Source of the DNA: Clostridiales bacterium
GTDB taxonomy: Bacteria > Bacillota > Clostridia > Christensenellales > Aristaeellaceae
Direction: 5' to 3'
Length of the DNA: 64,000 nucleotides
Assembly (NCBI GenBank): GCA_012728435.1
Contig: JAAYFC010000053.1
Location: forward strand, 1,662-65,661
Under the pieces are notes generated by a model. The model ran no database searches. It was not told where the DNA came from and saw nothing but the letters and a program-made list of their open reading frames with translations. The position numbers and the translations under genes were made by a program. Every line of letters starts with the position of its first letter. Position 1 is the first letter of the stretch. Shown here one piece after another: positions 24,958 through 37,643 of this stretch.

Positions 24958-26343
24958 ATGAGCGGACACAGCGGGGACTTGACACAGGGCGGGATCTTAA
25001 AAAAGATCCTCCTGGTAGCGGTGCCCATTATGGGCACGCAGCTTTTGCAGATGACCTACAATTTAACCGATATGTTTTGGCTGGGCCGCCTGCCAGGGTC
25101 CGTCACCGCGGTGGCTGCCAGCGGCTTGGCCGGCATGTTTTTATGGTTGGGCATGGCGCTATTAATCTTTGGTCGCATCGGCGCTGAGATCGGGGTGTCC
25201 CAAAATTTAGGCGCCGGCAACCGCGCAGCTGCACAGGGCTTCGCAGAGGACGCAGGCAGAACCGCGCTGCTGTTGGGCAGCGCATATGGATTGATTTTGT
25301 TGACCCTGGCCAAGCCTTTGGTGTCCCTTCTGCGGGTGCAGGAGGCGGATGTGTTTGACAGCGCCTGCGCCTATCTGCGCATCGCGGGCTTGGGCTTGCC
25401 CTTTAGCTATCTGTCCGCATCCATCACGGGCGGATTCAATGGCGCGGGCAACGCCAAACTGGGTTTCTGGGCCAACGCTTCCGGCCTTGCGGTCAACATG
25501 GTGCTAGATCCGCTGATGATCTTGGTCTGGGGATGGGGGATCAAGGGCGCCGCCATCGCCACTGTGATTGCACAGGGCATTGTGTGCATGATGCTCTTGT
25601 ATTTTGCCAAGCAGCATCCCCGCCGCCCCTTTGAGCACTTCCGCCTGCTGGGGCGGTTTCATCTGTCACGTGTGAAGCAGATTTTTTCCTGGAGCCTGCC
25701 CGTATCCCTGGAGAGCGGTGCGTTCACGGCGCTGGCCATGGTGGTGACCGGTATGATTTCCGCGTCCTTTGGCGCGGATGCGGTGGCTGTGCAGCGGGTG
25801 GGCAGCCAGATCGAGTCCCTCTCCTGGCTCATAGGCGGGGGTTTCTCCTCCGCTGTTGCGGCCTTTATGGGGCAGAACTACGGCGCACGCAAATGGGCGC
25901 GCATCCGAAGGGGGTATCGCATCTCCCTGGGCTTCATGTTGGCGTGGGAAAGCTTCATCACCCTGCTTCTTGTCTTAGGGGGCCGTTTCCTGTTCTCGCT
26001 CTTTTTGAGCGATCCGCCCCACCTGGTAAACATGGGGCGGGAATACCTGATGATCCTGGCCGGCTGTCAGGTGTTCATGGCGCTGGAAGGCACCTGTGCG
26101 GGCACCTTCCGCGGCATTGGCAAGACTCTGCCGCCCAGCATCTCCAGCATCACCTCCAATGTCCTACGCCCTTTTTTATGCTGGGCCTTGGCGCAGCGGA
26201 TGGGGCTCAACGGCTTCTGGCTGGGCGTGACCCTCTCAGCTGCCCTGCGCGGCCTGTTGATGTTTATCTGGTTCTCTCTCTACCAGCGCCAAATGCCGCA
26301 CCACAATGAAGAGGCGGCAGTAATCCAAGGCGGCACAGCTTAG
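24958..26343 (+). CDS. MATE family efflux transporter
   Basis: The N-terminus ILKKILLVAVPIMGTQLLQMTYNLTDMFWLGRL is typical of MATE proteins. There are about 12 hydrophobic spans over 461 aa. Confidence 0.9.
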   Translation: MSGHSGDLTQGGILKKILLVAVPIMGTQLLQMTYNLTDMFWLGRLPGSVTAVAASGLAGMFLWLGMALLIFGRIGAEIGVSQNLGAGNRAAAQGFAEDAGRTALLLGSAYGLILLTLAKPLVSLLRVQEADVFDSACAYLRIAGLGLPFSYLSASITGGFNGAGNAKLGFWANASGLAVNMVLDPLMILVWGWGIKGAAIATVIAQGIVCMMLLYFAKQHPRRPFEHFRLLGRFHLSRVKQIFSWSLPVSLESGAFTALAMVVTGMISASFGADAVAVQRVGSQIESLSWLIGGGFSSAVAAFMGQNYGARKWARIRRGYRISLGFMLAWESFITLLLVLGGRFLFSLFLSDPPHLVNMGREYLMILAGCQVFMALEGTCAGTFRGIGKTLPPSISSITSNVLRPFLCWALAQRMGLNGFWLGVTLSAALRGLLMFIWFSLYQRQMPHHNEEAAVIQGGTA

Positions 26344-26424
26344 GGCTTTTGATTTAATCATTTTCAGGCAGTGACACAGCATTCAATCGCGAAACAAGTA
26401 CTGGGCAAGTAAGTAGGAGCGTGC

Positions 26425-26934
26425 ATGAACATCCAATTTGAGGGGCAGATTCAACTGGTCGCGGGCTACCGCATCGTCCGCCTGCCAAACGAGGCAAGCA
26501 TCCAACTGCCCTCACGCGGCATGGTGATGGCGCAGGTTCATGCAGGCAGTCAGTCCGTGATCGCACCTCTTGAGCCCGATGGCAAAGGCGGCCACTGGCT
26601 GCAGTTGACGGAAGAAATTGAAGGAAAGCCAGGCGATACGGTATCGTTTGCTGTCACATTAATCAAAGACTGGCCAAAGCCCAATCTCCCGCAGGATATG
26701 CTGGAAGGAATCACGGCTGCTGGCCTGCTTGATGTCTGGGATGATCTTACAGTCAAGGCGCAATGGGAATGGCTGCGCTGGATGCGCGCAACCAACAATC
26801 CCGCCACGCGCAAAAAGCGCATCCTGGTGGCCTGCTCCAAACTGCAGGCGGGCGAACGTAGGCCCTGCTGTTTTAATTCTGCCAGCTGCACCGTGATGGA
26901 GGTATCAAAATCCGGCGTATTGATGGACGCGTAG
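26425..26934 (+). CDS. DUF1905 / YdeI-like family protein
   Basis: The N-terminal beta domain (RIVRLPNEASIQLPSRGMVMAQV...PDGKGGHWLQL) and the C-terminal helical WEWLRWMRATNNPATRKKRI resemble the DUF1905 plus YdeI/OmpD-associated architecture. The assignment is from memory. Confidence 0.6.
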   Translation: MNIQFEGQIQLVAGYRIVRLPNEASIQLPSRGMVMAQVHAGSQSVIAPLEPDGKGGHWLQLTEEIEGKPGDTVSFAVTLIKDWPKPNLPQDMLEGITAAGLLDVWDDLTVKAQWEWLRWMRATNNPATRKKRILVACSKLQAGERRPCCFNSASCTVMEVSKSGVLMDA

Positions 26935-27181
26935 ACGCGCAAACAAATGGTTTATCAATACCTGTCCTTGATGCGCAAACCACCCGGTCCATAGAATAAC
27001 CTGTCAAAGCCTCGGGCTAGTAATGATTGTTTAAAATGATACAAACAAACATCAACACCAATTTATCATCGTGACAAACCGCTTTTGCTTGCGTAGCGCC
27101 GGACAAAGAGGTACACTGTAACTGGCAGATGAAAATACCCAGTTAGACGGATTGGCTTGTTTTAATGTAAGGGTGGTGTAT

Positions 27182-28711
27182 ATGAGCACTTCTGACCAGT
27201 ACATCGTGGAGATGAATGGGATCAGCAAGTCCTTTCCAGGCGTAAAAGCCTTGGATGATGTGCGCTTTTCGCTCAAAGCGGGCGAAGTGATGGCGCTGCT
27301 TGGCGAAAACGGCGCAGGCAAATCCACGCTGATGAAGATTTTAAGCGGCGTGTACCAGCGCGATGCCGGCCAGTTGACCGCCTTTGGCCAGGATGTTGAA
27401 GCGAACCTGACACCCCGCAAGGCACAGGACCTGGGCATCGCCATCATCCATCAGGAATTGAACATGTGCCAACACCTGAGTGTGGCGGAGAACATCTTTT
27501 TGGGGCGGGAAATTCTCACAGGCGGCCGCCTCAACACGCGGGAAATGAACAAACAAGCCACAGAAGTGCTGCGCAGCATGAATGTGGATATCGCGCCAAC
27601 CACCATTGTAGGGACCTTGCCGCTTTCCAAGCAGCAGATGGTGGAGATTGCCAAGGCACTTTCCACCAATGCGCGCGTGTTGATTATGGACGAGCCCACC
27701 AGTTCGCTGACCGCCCATGAAATTGAAAATTTATTCACCATCATCCGCCAACTGCGTGACGAGGGGCGAGGCATTGTCTATATCAGCCACCGCCTGGAAG
27801 AACTGCATCACATTGTGGACCGTGTCACCATTTTACGGGATGGGCAGTACATCATCACAATGCCATTTAAAGAGACCACGCTGCCAGAGATTATCAGTTA
27901 CATGGTGGGGCGGGACATTACAGAGAAGTATCCCCGCGTTCCAAGCAGCCGCGGGAAGCTGATTTTTGAAGCGCGCAAGCTTCAGGCTGGTCGTCTGGTC
28001 CGGGATGTATCGCTGAAGGTGTACGAGGGGGAGATCGTTGGCATCGCCGGCCTGGTCGGCGCTGGCCGCACCGAAACCACCCGTGTCATCTTTGGCGCGG
28101 ATTCAAGGGAGGGCGGCCAGTTTTTCCTGGATGACAAGGAGATCCACATCCGCAAGCCAATGGATGCCATCCGCCATGGCGTGGTGCTGGTGCCGGAGGA
28201 CAGGAAGCACGATGGCCTGTGTGTGAAGCTCAGCGTAAAAAGCAACATCGAACTGCCAAATCTGGATTTCCTGTCCAACAAAGCAGGGGTGGTGGACACA
28301 AAGCGCGTAACGCGGGTGGTGAAGGAGGGCATCCAAAGCCTTGGCATCCGCCTGCCGGGGGCGGAGGTGAACGCTGCCAGTTTGTCAGGCGGGAATCAAC
28401 AAAAGGTGGTTGTGGCCAAGTGGCTTGCGCGCAAATCGCGCTTGGTTATTTTTGATGAACCCACCCGCGGCATCGACGTAGCCGCCAAGGTGGAGATTTA
28501 TCACCTGATGAACAAGCTGAAAGAGCAGGGCATTGGCGTCGTATTTGTGTCATCAGAGATGCCCGAGGTGATGGGCATTGCGGACCGTATTGTCGTGATG
28601 TGCGATGGCCGGGTCACCGGCGAGTTGATGCGCAATGAGGCAACCCAGGAGAAGATCATGGCGCTGGCAACACAGTTTGAAAAAAAGCTGGATGTTGCTG
28701 TGGGCCAGTAA
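27182..28711 (+). CDS. Sugar ABC transporter ATP-binding protein (duplicated ATPase, RbsA/MglA type)
   Basis: There are two Walker A motifs (GENGAGKST, GLVGAGRTE), the signature LSGGNQQK, and Walker B motifs LIMDEPT / VIFDEPT. Confidence 0.9.
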   Translation: MSTSDQYIVEMNGISKSFPGVKALDDVRFSLKAGEVMALLGENGAGKSTLMKILSGVYQRDAGQLTAFGQDVEANLTPRKAQDLGIAIIHQELNMCQHLSVAENIFLGREILTGGRLNTREMNKQATEVLRSMNVDIAPTTIVGTLPLSKQQMVEIAKALSTNARVLIMDEPTSSLTAHEIENLFTIIRQLRDEGRGIVYISHRLEELHHIVDRVTILRDGQYIITMPFKETTLPEIISYMVGRDITEKYPRVPSSRGKLIFEARKLQAGRLVRDVSLKVYEGEIVGIAGLVGAGRTETTRVIFGADSREGGQFFLDDKEIHIRKPMDAIRHGVVLVPEDRKHDGLCVKLSVKSNIELPNLDFLSNKAGVVDTKRVTRVVKEGIQSLGIRLPGAEVNAASLSGGNQQKVVVAKWLARKSRLVIFDEPTRGIDVAAKVEIYHLMNKLKEQGIGVVFVSSEMPEVMGIADRIVVMCDGRVTGELMRNEATQEKIMALATQFEKKLDVAVGQ

Positions 28712-28729
28712 GGAAAGGGAGCAGAACAC

Positions 28730-29767
28730 ATGGGGGAAAAATCAAACCAAAAAAGCTGGTGGAGAAGACTGTTTGCCGTACGGGGGATGGGGCAGGTTAT
28801 CACCGTTTTTATTGGCCTGGTCATCCTATGCGTGGTCTTTTATTCTATCAACAAAAACTTCCTGTCCGAGCGCAACATCGCCAATCTCTTAAGGCAGATT
28901 GCGCCTTATTTGATTATCAGTATCGGTCAGGGCTATGTTTTGATCACCGGCAACATCGACCTGTCCATCGGCTCTGTCATCGGCATGAGCACCATGATCT
29001 CCGCCACGCTGATGCCCCACGGGATGGATCCCTGGCTGGCCACCTTGATTACCATGCTGCCCTGCCTTATAACCGGGGCTGTGAACGGGTTCTTGGTAGC
29101 GACCGCCAAACTCCCGCCCTTTATTGCCACGCTGGGCACCATGACCATCGCGCGCGGGGTGGCACAGCTGGTGAACGGCAATATGAACACCGATGCAATT
29201 GGCGCTGCGGCAAATGATTGGCGCAGTGTGCTGTACTATGGCAAGTCTTTGGGCATTTACAATACGTTCTGGATTGCGCTGGGGATCTGGTTTGTTTTCA
29301 ACTTTGTACTGTCTAAAACGCGGACGGGACGGCATATCTACGCAACCGGCAGCAATATTGAGGCAGCCAAGCTGTCCGGTGTGAATGTAGCGGCCATCAC
29401 CACCAAGGCCTATGTGGTCAGCGGCTTTTGCGCGGGCGTGGTTGGTTTGATTTCCAGCGCGCAGGCTGGGATGGGGGCGATGGACGCAGGCACGGGCTAT
29501 GAATTGTTCGCGGTTGCCGCATCCGTCATTGGCGGCATCTCCACCCTAGGCGGTCAGGGCATCCTGCTGGGCAACATCATGGGTGCCAGCGTGTGGGGCG
29601 TTATGTACAACGGCCTGTCGCTGATTGGGGCACCCGTGGCGTGGCGCAATATTGTCGTAGGCTTCATCGTGGTGCTGTCCGTGCTCATTGACGTCATTAT
29701 CCGTGGCGGCGGTTTCAGCAAAGCCCGCTTTAAGGCGGCGTTTCAAAAAGGAAGTCAAGCGCATTAA
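28730..29767 (+). CDS. Sugar ABC transporter permease (RbsC-like)
   Basis: It is a multi-span membrane protein typical of the CUT2 family (IDLSIGSV, ATGSNIEAAKLSGV). Confidence 0.9.
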   Translation: MGEKSNQKSWWRRLFAVRGMGQVITVFIGLVILCVVFYSINKNFLSERNIANLLRQIAPYLIISIGQGYVLITGNIDLSIGSVIGMSTMISATLMPHGMDPWLATLITMLPCLITGAVNGFLVATAKLPPFIATLGTMTIARGVAQLVNGNMNTDAIGAAANDWRSVLYYGKSLGIYNTFWIALGIWFVFNFVLSKTRTGRHIYATGSNIEAAKLSGVNVAAITTKAYVVSGFCAGVVGLISSAQAGMGAMDAGTGYELFAVAASVIGGISTLGGQGILLGNIMGASVWGVMYNGLSLIGAPVAWRNIVVGFIVVLSVLIDVIIRGGGFSKARFKAAFQKGSQAH

Positions 29768-29800
29768 GCGTTTTGATAAAAATAAGGAGGTTTCTGTTTC

Positions 29801-30733
29801 ATGAAAAAGACATTAGCGTTGGTTCTCTGCGTGATGATGATCCTGGGTCTTGCTTCTGCGGTTGCAGCGGAAGAGTTCAACATCTACCTGATTACCATGG
29901 ACTTAATGGACCAGCACTGGGTAAACGGGGACGCCGGCTGTAAGGCGGCGGTCGAAGAGCTGGGCAAGGAAGGCATCAAGGTGAACTACACCTGGGACGC
30001 GCCCACCCAGGGCAAGGATGACGCGGCCCAGATTGAGTCCATCAACAATGCCTACGCCAATAACGCGCAGGCCATCCTGCTGGCGTCCAACGGGCCGGAC
30101 ACCCAGGTGGCAACCATTCAGCAGTACCAAAACGACGGTGTGAAATTTATCTACGTGGACAGCCCTGCCAACACCCCGGCGGAGCAGATACTGGCTACCG
30201 ACAACAAGGAAGCCGGCAGAATCGCTGGTGTGGAAATGCTCAACAAACTGAAAGAAAATGGCATTGAAGAAGGCAAAATCGGCATCGTGAACGTCAACTC
30301 CTCCACCACATCCACGCAGCTGCGTGAAGAGGGCTTCCGTTCCGCCTTTGAAGGCAGCAAGTTTGAAATTCTGGAAACACAGTATGGCGAGGGCCAGGTG
30401 ACCGCGTCCCAGTCCATTGCTGAAAACTACATCACCGAAGGCGTCGTAGGCATCTTTGGCTGCAACGAGGGCAGCACCACCGGAACTGGCAACGCCATTA
30501 AGGAAGCGGGCAGCGCTGTCATCGGCGTGGGCTTTGACCAGTCCGACGCCATTTTGCAGCTTGTGAAAGAGGGCGCGCTACTGGCCACCATGGCACAAAA
30601 CCCCTATGTGATGGGATACGAAGGCATCATGAGCGCTGTGAAGGTGCTAAAGGGTGAGGAGATTCCGGAAGACCAGAAGCTCTTTGACACCGGCGTCACC
30701 GTCGTCAACAAAGCCTTCCTGGAAGCAGAATAA
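29801..30733 (+). CDS. Sugar ABC transporter substrate-binding protein (RbsB-like, PBP1)
   Basis: It has a signal peptide and a ~310-aa type I periplasmic-binding fold. AAGGAGG lies upstream. Confidence 0.9.
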   Translation: MKKTLALVLCVMMILGLASAVAAEEFNIYLITMDLMDQHWVNGDAGCKAAVEELGKEGIKVNYTWDAPTQGKDDAAQIESINNAYANNAQAILLASNGPDTQVATIQQYQNDGVKFIYVDSPANTPAEQILATDNKEAGRIAGVEMLNKLKENGIEEGKIGIVNVNSSTTSTQLREEGFRSAFEGSKFEILETQYGEGQVTASQSIAENYITEGVVGIFGCNEGSTTGTGNAIKEAGSAVIGVGFDQSDAILQLVKEGALLATMAQNPYVMGYEGIMSAVKVLKGEEIPEDQKLFDTGVTVVNKAFLEAE

Positions 30734-30755
30734 TCATTACCTAACCAACATAAAA

Positions 30756-30779
30756 GGGACTGGGTAAAAGCCCAGTCCC
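30756..30779. terminator. Hairpin between convergent genes (bidirectional terminator candidate)
   Basis: A 9-bp stem, GGGACTGGG / CCCAGTCCC, is flanked by an A-tract upstream and T-rich sequence downstream. Confidence 0.65.
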
Positions 30780-30785
30780 ATCTAT

Positions 30786-31445
30786 TTATGAAGCGCGAAA
30801 GCGCTCCTTTACAATGTTTAAAAGCTCCGGCACCTCTTCAATCAGCGCATTGGGCCTGGCTTCCTCCAGCTGCTCCTTGCTTTGGAAACCCCATAGCGCC
30901 CCAACGGCGTAAATGCCCACGGCCTTCGCGCACGCCATGTCCATCATGGTATCACCCACATACAGCCCGTCTTCGGGCTCAAGCTCCAGCTCCGCCAACA
31001 AATCCTGCAGGGCGGTCGGGTCGGGCTTGAGCGGCACATCCGGCAAACTGCCCACAACCGCTGCGAAGGGGATGTCAGGGAAGTAATGCTTGATGACATC
31101 CTGGGCCTCCGGGTTGTCCTTGTTGCTGTATACAATCAGGCGAATGCCCTTGTTCGCCAGTGCCTTCAGCGTGTCCACCATGCCCTCATAGGGGACGGTT
31201 TTCACGCGGCTGTTGCGCGCGTACTCGTTCAAATAGGCGGGGTAGACATGGTTCTCCATCTCCTCCTGACCAGCCAGCACGCGCTGGGTCAACACCTTGG
31301 CGCCATTGCCTGTAAACTGCTTATAGCTCTCCATGGCGTGCTGGGGCATACCAAAACGGAAGAGCACCTTGTTCATCGCCGTGGCGATGTCCGGCAAGGT
31401 GTTTAGCAGGGTACCATCCAGATCAAACACAATAAAATGCTTCAT
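30786..31445 (-). CDS. HAD family hydrolase (phosphoglycolate phosphatase/PpaX-like)
   Basis: The ATG at 31445 follows AGGAGGA. Motif I is FDLDGTLLNT, and a VGDTMMD motif is present. The ORF-track extension to 31700 has no support. Confidence 0.85.
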   Translation of the reverse strand: MKHFIVFDLDGTLLNTLPDIATAMNKVLFRFGMPQHAMESYKQFTGNGAKVLTQRVLAGQEEMENHVYPAYLNEYARNSRVKTVPYEGMVDTLKALANKGIRLIVYSNKDNPEAQDVIKHYFPDIPFAAVVGSLPDVPLKPDPTALQDLLAELELEPEDGLYVGDTMMDMACAKAVGIYAVGALWGFQSKEQLEEARPNALIEEVPELLNIVKERFRAS

Positions 31446-31563
31446 ACGTCCTCCTGTTTGCTTCCAGGGGATTATACAAAATCCGCCAGCGTATATCAAA
31501 CCCCCTTGTTTGACAGGAGCGGGCACCGGTTTTATACTGTGTAAACGAGAAACGGGAGGGTGT

Positions 31564-32040
31564 ATGGAGAAGCAGCAGGCGAGGCGGACAGGCAGCAGTT
31601 GGATTATCCTGGCGGCAATTGTTTTGCTGTTAGCCGGCCTGTTCTTCCTCATCCGCTCAGGCCAAATCAAAAGGGAGTATGAAGCGCTGGCGGCCACCAC
31701 GCCCGTGCCCAGCCAGGCGCCGCCGCTGCTTGATTACCGCGAGCTGGCGCCGATGTACCGCTATGGGTCGGTGGGGCCGGAGGTCATCGCGCTGCAGGAG
31801 CGCCTGACGGAGTTGGGCTATTACACAGGCGGGATAGATGGCAAGTATTATGAGGGCACAGCCGCTTCGGTCAAGGTGTTCCAATCGCAAAATGGCCTGG
31901 ATGCCGATGGCATCGCGGGCGAAAAAACACTGGCCGTGCTGCGCAGCGATCAGGCAAAGCGCTACCAACCGCCGGTGGAGGCCACAGGATCTCCCAGCCC
32001 AAACCCCACAAACCAGGACGGCAGCTACAACAAGCCATAA
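31564..32040 (+). CDS. Membrane-anchored peptidoglycan-binding (PG_binding_1) domain protein
   Basis: The ATG at 31564 follows GGGAGGG. It has an N-terminal TM helix, then GPEVIALQERLTELGYYTGGIDGKYYEGTAASVKVFQSQNGLDADGIAGEKT. Confidence 0.8.
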   Translation: MEKQQARRTGSSWIILAAIVLLLAGLFFLIRSGQIKREYEALAATTPVPSQAPPLLDYRELAPMYRYGSVGPEVIALQERLTELGYYTGGIDGKYYEGTAASVKVFQSQNGLDADGIAGEKTLAVLRSDQAKRYQPPVEATGSPSPNPTNQDGSYNKP

Positions 32041-32136
32041 AACATAAGAAAATGACCGCGATCACTTTCTCGGTTTAAACAATCTAATTTTGAATAATCT
32101 CATCCAAACACAAAACTACACAATCAACATACCAGA

Positions 32137-33267
32137 TTAAAGTTTTTTGGGCAGCTTTTTTTCAAAAAAGCTGCGGTCCCCGTCATCATCCTCTCCGTCC
32201 ACCTCAACCTTCACCCCGTCCTCCAAATCCTCCGCAGTGAGGGTCATCAGCTCCTCCCGGGTCAGCACGTCCTTTTTCGCCAGCCTGTTGGCCTGGCGGG
32301 AGACGGCCTGCTCAAACAGGTTGCGCACACCCCGCGCGTTGCCAAAGCCAATGTTGTCCTCGCTTTCCTCCTTGATGATGCGGCGCAGCACGCTGTCCGC
32401 CTCCTCATCCAGCTGATAGCCCGCCTTTTTGCAGCGCATCTCAAAGATGGCCGCCATCTCCTCCACAGAGTAATCCGGGAAATACAAAAAGCGGTTGAAC
32501 CGGCTTTGCAGCCCTGGGTTGCTGTGGACAAAATCGTTCATCAGGTCCACATAGCCGGCCACAATCACCACCAGGTCCTCGCGGTGGTCCTCCATGTTTT
32601 TCAGCAAGGTTTCAATGGCTTCCTGGCCATAGTCCTGGGACCCCCTGGTAGAAAGCGCATAGGCCTCATCAATAAACAGCACGCCGCCCAGGGCCTTGTC
32701 GATGACTTCCTTGGTTTTAATGGCGGTCTGTCCCACATAGCCTGCTACCAGGCCCGAGCGGTCCACCTCCACCAGGTGCCCCTTGGAGAGGATCCCCAGG
32801 CTGTGGTAGATGCGGCTCATGAGCCGGGCAATCATGGTTTTCCCGGTGCCGGGGTTGCCGGAGAACACCATGTGCAGGGACAGCTCCTCCGTGGGCAATT
32901 CATGCTGGCGGCGCAGCTTGTTCACCTTCACCAGGTTAATGAGGCTCTCCACCTCCGCCTTCACCACATCCAGGCCGATGTAGCTGTTCAGCTCGGCCAG
33001 CAGGGTGTCCATATCCTCTTTGATAACAGGTGATTGTTCCTGCGCGGCTTTCGGGGCGTCTTTGCCGTCTGCCTGCCTGTCCTCCTCATCCCCGCGCTCA
33101 CCCAGGACGTCGGGCACGGGCGGGAATCCGGGCGGCGGGGTTAACTCCACCGTGTCCTCAGTCACAGGACCCCACAGGTCCTCGCCGACCTTCAACAGGT
33201 TGCGCCGGGTCATATCCCGGATAATTTGGTTTTGAAGGCGGATGATCTCATTTGTGCGGTCTGCCAT
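32137..33267 (-). CDS. AAA+ ATPase, SpoVK/CbbX family
   Basis: Walker A is GNPGTGKT and Walker B is VLFIDEAYAL. The surrounding sequence is typical of SpoVK (IGLDVVKAEVESLINL...). Confidence 0.85.
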   Translation of the reverse strand: MADRTNEIIRLQNQIIRDMTRRNLLKVGEDLWGPVTEDTVELTPPPGFPPVPDVLGERGDEEDRQADGKDAPKAAQEQSPVIKEDMDTLLAELNSYIGLDVVKAEVESLINLVKVNKLRRQHELPTEELSLHMVFSGNPGTGKTMIARLMSRIYHSLGILSKGHLVEVDRSGLVAGYVGQTAIKTKEVIDKALGGVLFIDEAYALSTRGSQDYGQEAIETLLKNMEDHREDLVVIVAGYVDLMNDFVHSNPGLQSRFNRFLYFPDYSVEEMAAIFEMRCKKAGYQLDEEADSVLRRIIKEESEDNIGFGNARGVRNLFEQAVSRQANRLAKKDVLTREELMTLTAEDLEDGVKVEVDGEDDDGDRSFFEKKLPKKL

Positions 33268-33379
33268 GGTGATGCCCCCCTGTTTTCTGTGCTTTCCCTA
33301 GTATACCACGGTTTTTGATGGAAAAATCCAGAAAATGGCGTATGATAGAAGGGAGACAAGAAAGAAGTGGGAGGCACCC

Positions 33380-34123
33380 GTGGCAGAAAACCGGTCCATC
33401 AACAAGTTCATCTCCGACAGCGGCCTGTGCTCCCGCCGCCAGGCAGACCAGCTTATTTTAGAAGGCCGGGTCAGGATTAACGGCCGGGTGGCAAAAAAGG
33501 GGGAGCGGGTGCAGCCCGGTGACCGGGTCCTGGTGGACGGAACAGCTGTGGACGGCGCGGGGGAAAAGGTCTATCTTGCCCTTAATAAGCCGCGCGGCAT
33601 CGTCTGCACCACGGACCGCCGGGAGCCCATGAACATTGTGGATTATCTCAATTATCCCGGCCGCATCTTTCCCATCGGCCGCCTGGACAAGGACAGCTGC
33701 GGCCTGATCCTCCTCACCAGCGACGGGGATATCGTCAACCGCGTCCTGCGGGCGACCGGCCAGCACCAGAAGGAATACCAGGTTACCGTGGACAAGCCGG
33801 TCACCCCGCGTTTCCTTCAGCGCATGCAGGAGGGCGTGCCCGTTTTGGGTCAGATTACCCTGCCTTGTCAAATCCACCAGACAGGGCCGCGCTCCTTCCG
33901 GCTGATTCTGGTGCAGGGGCTGAACCGGCAAATCAGGCGCATGTGCGAGTACCTGGGTTATGAGGTCACCCACCTGCGCCGTGTGCGCATCATGAACATC
34001 CGCTTGGGCAGGATGCAGCCGGGGGAGTATCGGGAATTGACGGAGCAGGAGCTGGACACCCTGATGAACACACTGGCCCAAGCGGCAGATGACACAGCGA
34101 CCGATGTGGATGATGAAGAATAA
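33380..34123 (+). CDS. Pseudouridine synthase, RsuA/RluF family, with an S4 domain
   Basis: The S4 motif is INKFISDSGLCSRRQADQLI, and the catalytic motif is GRLDKDSCGLILLT. The GTG at 33380 lies 6 nt after GTGGGAGG and matches the RluF N-terminal length better than the ATG at 33335. Confidence 0.85.
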   Translation: MAENRSINKFISDSGLCSRRQADQLILEGRVRINGRVAKKGERVQPGDRVLVDGTAVDGAGEKVYLALNKPRGIVCTTDRREPMNIVDYLNYPGRIFPIGRLDKDSCGLILLTSDGDIVNRVLRATGQHQKEYQVTVDKPVTPRFLQRMQEGVPVLGQITLPCQIHQTGPRSFRLILVQGLNRQIRRMCEYLGYEVTHLRRVRIMNIRLGRMQPGEYRELTEQELDTLMNTLAQAADDTATDVDDEE

Positions 34124-34137
34124 TATGTAAGATTCAT

Positions 34138-34179
34138 ATAAAACAGCGCCCGGTGGATATCTGCCGGGCGCTGTTGTTT
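34138..34179. terminator. Bidirectional terminator between the rluF-like gene and ppdK
   Basis: A 12-bp stem, AACAGCGCCCGG / CCGGGCGCTGTT, is flanked by A-rich and T-rich sequence. It is followed by a perfect 20-bp palindrome ACCTTGGCCTAGGCCAAGGT at 34180-34199. Confidence 0.8.
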
Positions 34180-34210
34180 ACCTTGGCCTAGGCCAAGGTT
34201 GTTGATTGTG

Positions 34211-36847
<2,637 letters not shown>

Positions 36848-36913
36848 TCGTTTTCCTCCTTAAGTATCATCTCTAGTGGCAGTTTGCGCCTGCCGCGGCG
36901 CACACCACCTTCT

Positions 36914-36942
36914 ATCATACAGAAAACTACCCATTTTTTCAA
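36914..36942 (-). promoter_or_regulatory. Putative sigma-A promoter of ppdK
   Basis: On the minus strand: TTGAAA, a 17-nt spacer, and TATGAT. Confidence 0.55.
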
Positions 36943-36995
36943 TGCTTCCGGGCATTTTTCCTTCAAATCTCCTGCAAACCACTCGGCGCGCCAGA

Positions 36996-37025
36996 TTGAC
37001 ATCATCCTAATTTGTCTGTTACAAT
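36996..37025 (+). promoter_or_regulatory. Putative sigma-A promoter of the SH3b-protein gene
   Basis: TTGACA (36996-37001), an 18-nt spacer, and TACAAT (37020-37025). Confidence 0.6.
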
Positions 37026-37074
37026 TCAATCAACTCATGGTACAACAAAAAACAGAAGAAGGGTGGGTGATTCA

Positions 37075-37608
37075 ATGCGTCGAAACAGGCGGCTGGCTTG
37101 CGTGTTGTTCTCCCTGCTCCTGTGTGTCTGCCTGCTGATCACCTCGAATGCCGGGGCGGTTACAGCAAATTTGAAGATGCAGCTGTCCACCAGGACAGGC
37201 CCGGGCACCCAGTATGACGAACCGGGCACCTATTTTCAAAATGACTGGCAAAGCACACAGGTGGAGGTCATCAGCGCAGCCTGGGACAATCACAACGACA
37301 TCTGGTGGGTGCAAGTGGACTTTCTTGTCAAGGGCACCTCTTACCGCGCGTACACCGGCCTTAAGCGGGTGAATGTGGACATCAATACCGTATACCATGA
37401 CACGCTTCTTGGAATTGACTCAACAACTTCTGCCGCCAAGGCCTATTGGGGTCCGGGGTCAAACTACGCCATGTCCAAATTCAATGTGCCAAAAGGAACC
37501 GCGGTCAAGGTCTATGATGTGGAAAATGGCTTTGTGCAGGTGGAGTTTTATGACGCGCGCACAGCCACAAGCGACCGCTCCATGCGCAGGGCCTGGTTAA
37601 TGAGGTAA
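37075..37608 (+). CDS. Secreted protein with two SH3b-like segments
   Basis: The signal peptide is MRRNRRLACVLFSLLLCVCLLITSNAGA. SH3_3-like stretches are present (RTGPGTQYDEPG...WWVQVDF; YWGPGSNYAMSKFNVPKGTAVKVYDVENGFVQVEF). Confidence 0.65.
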   Translation: MRRNRRLACVLFSLLLCVCLLITSNAGAVTANLKMQLSTRTGPGTQYDEPGTYFQNDWQSTQVEVISAAWDNHNDIWWVQVDFLVKGTSYRAYTGLKRVNVDINTVYHDTLLGIDSTTSAAKAYWGPGSNYAMSKFNVPKGTAVKVYDVENGFVQVEFYDARTATSDRSMRRAWLMR

Positions 37609-37643
37609 CACTCAACGACCATTGGGTCAGCCAGCGCCTGGGC

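Noticed and set aside
27060-27100. cre-like catabolite-responsive element (TGACAAACCGCTTTTGC) upstream of the ribose-type ABC operon
   Set aside because: It does not fit the cre consensus TGWAANCGNTNWCA at several invariant positions.
32137-33267. AAA+ ATPase as a novel defence or secretion ATPase
   Set aside because: The sequence is a standard SpoVK/CbbX-type single AAA+ module. It is monocistronic, sits between unrelated genes, and has no partner genes.
13905-34199. Shared CCTAGG core in the two perfect palindromes (13905-13918 and 34180-34199), as a possible restriction-modification or shared-operator signature
   Set aside because: CCTAGG also occurs in ordinary coding sequence (for example near 4272, 29545 and 40712). 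The flanking arms of the two palindromes are unrelated. The second palindrome is simply part of the ppdK terminator region.
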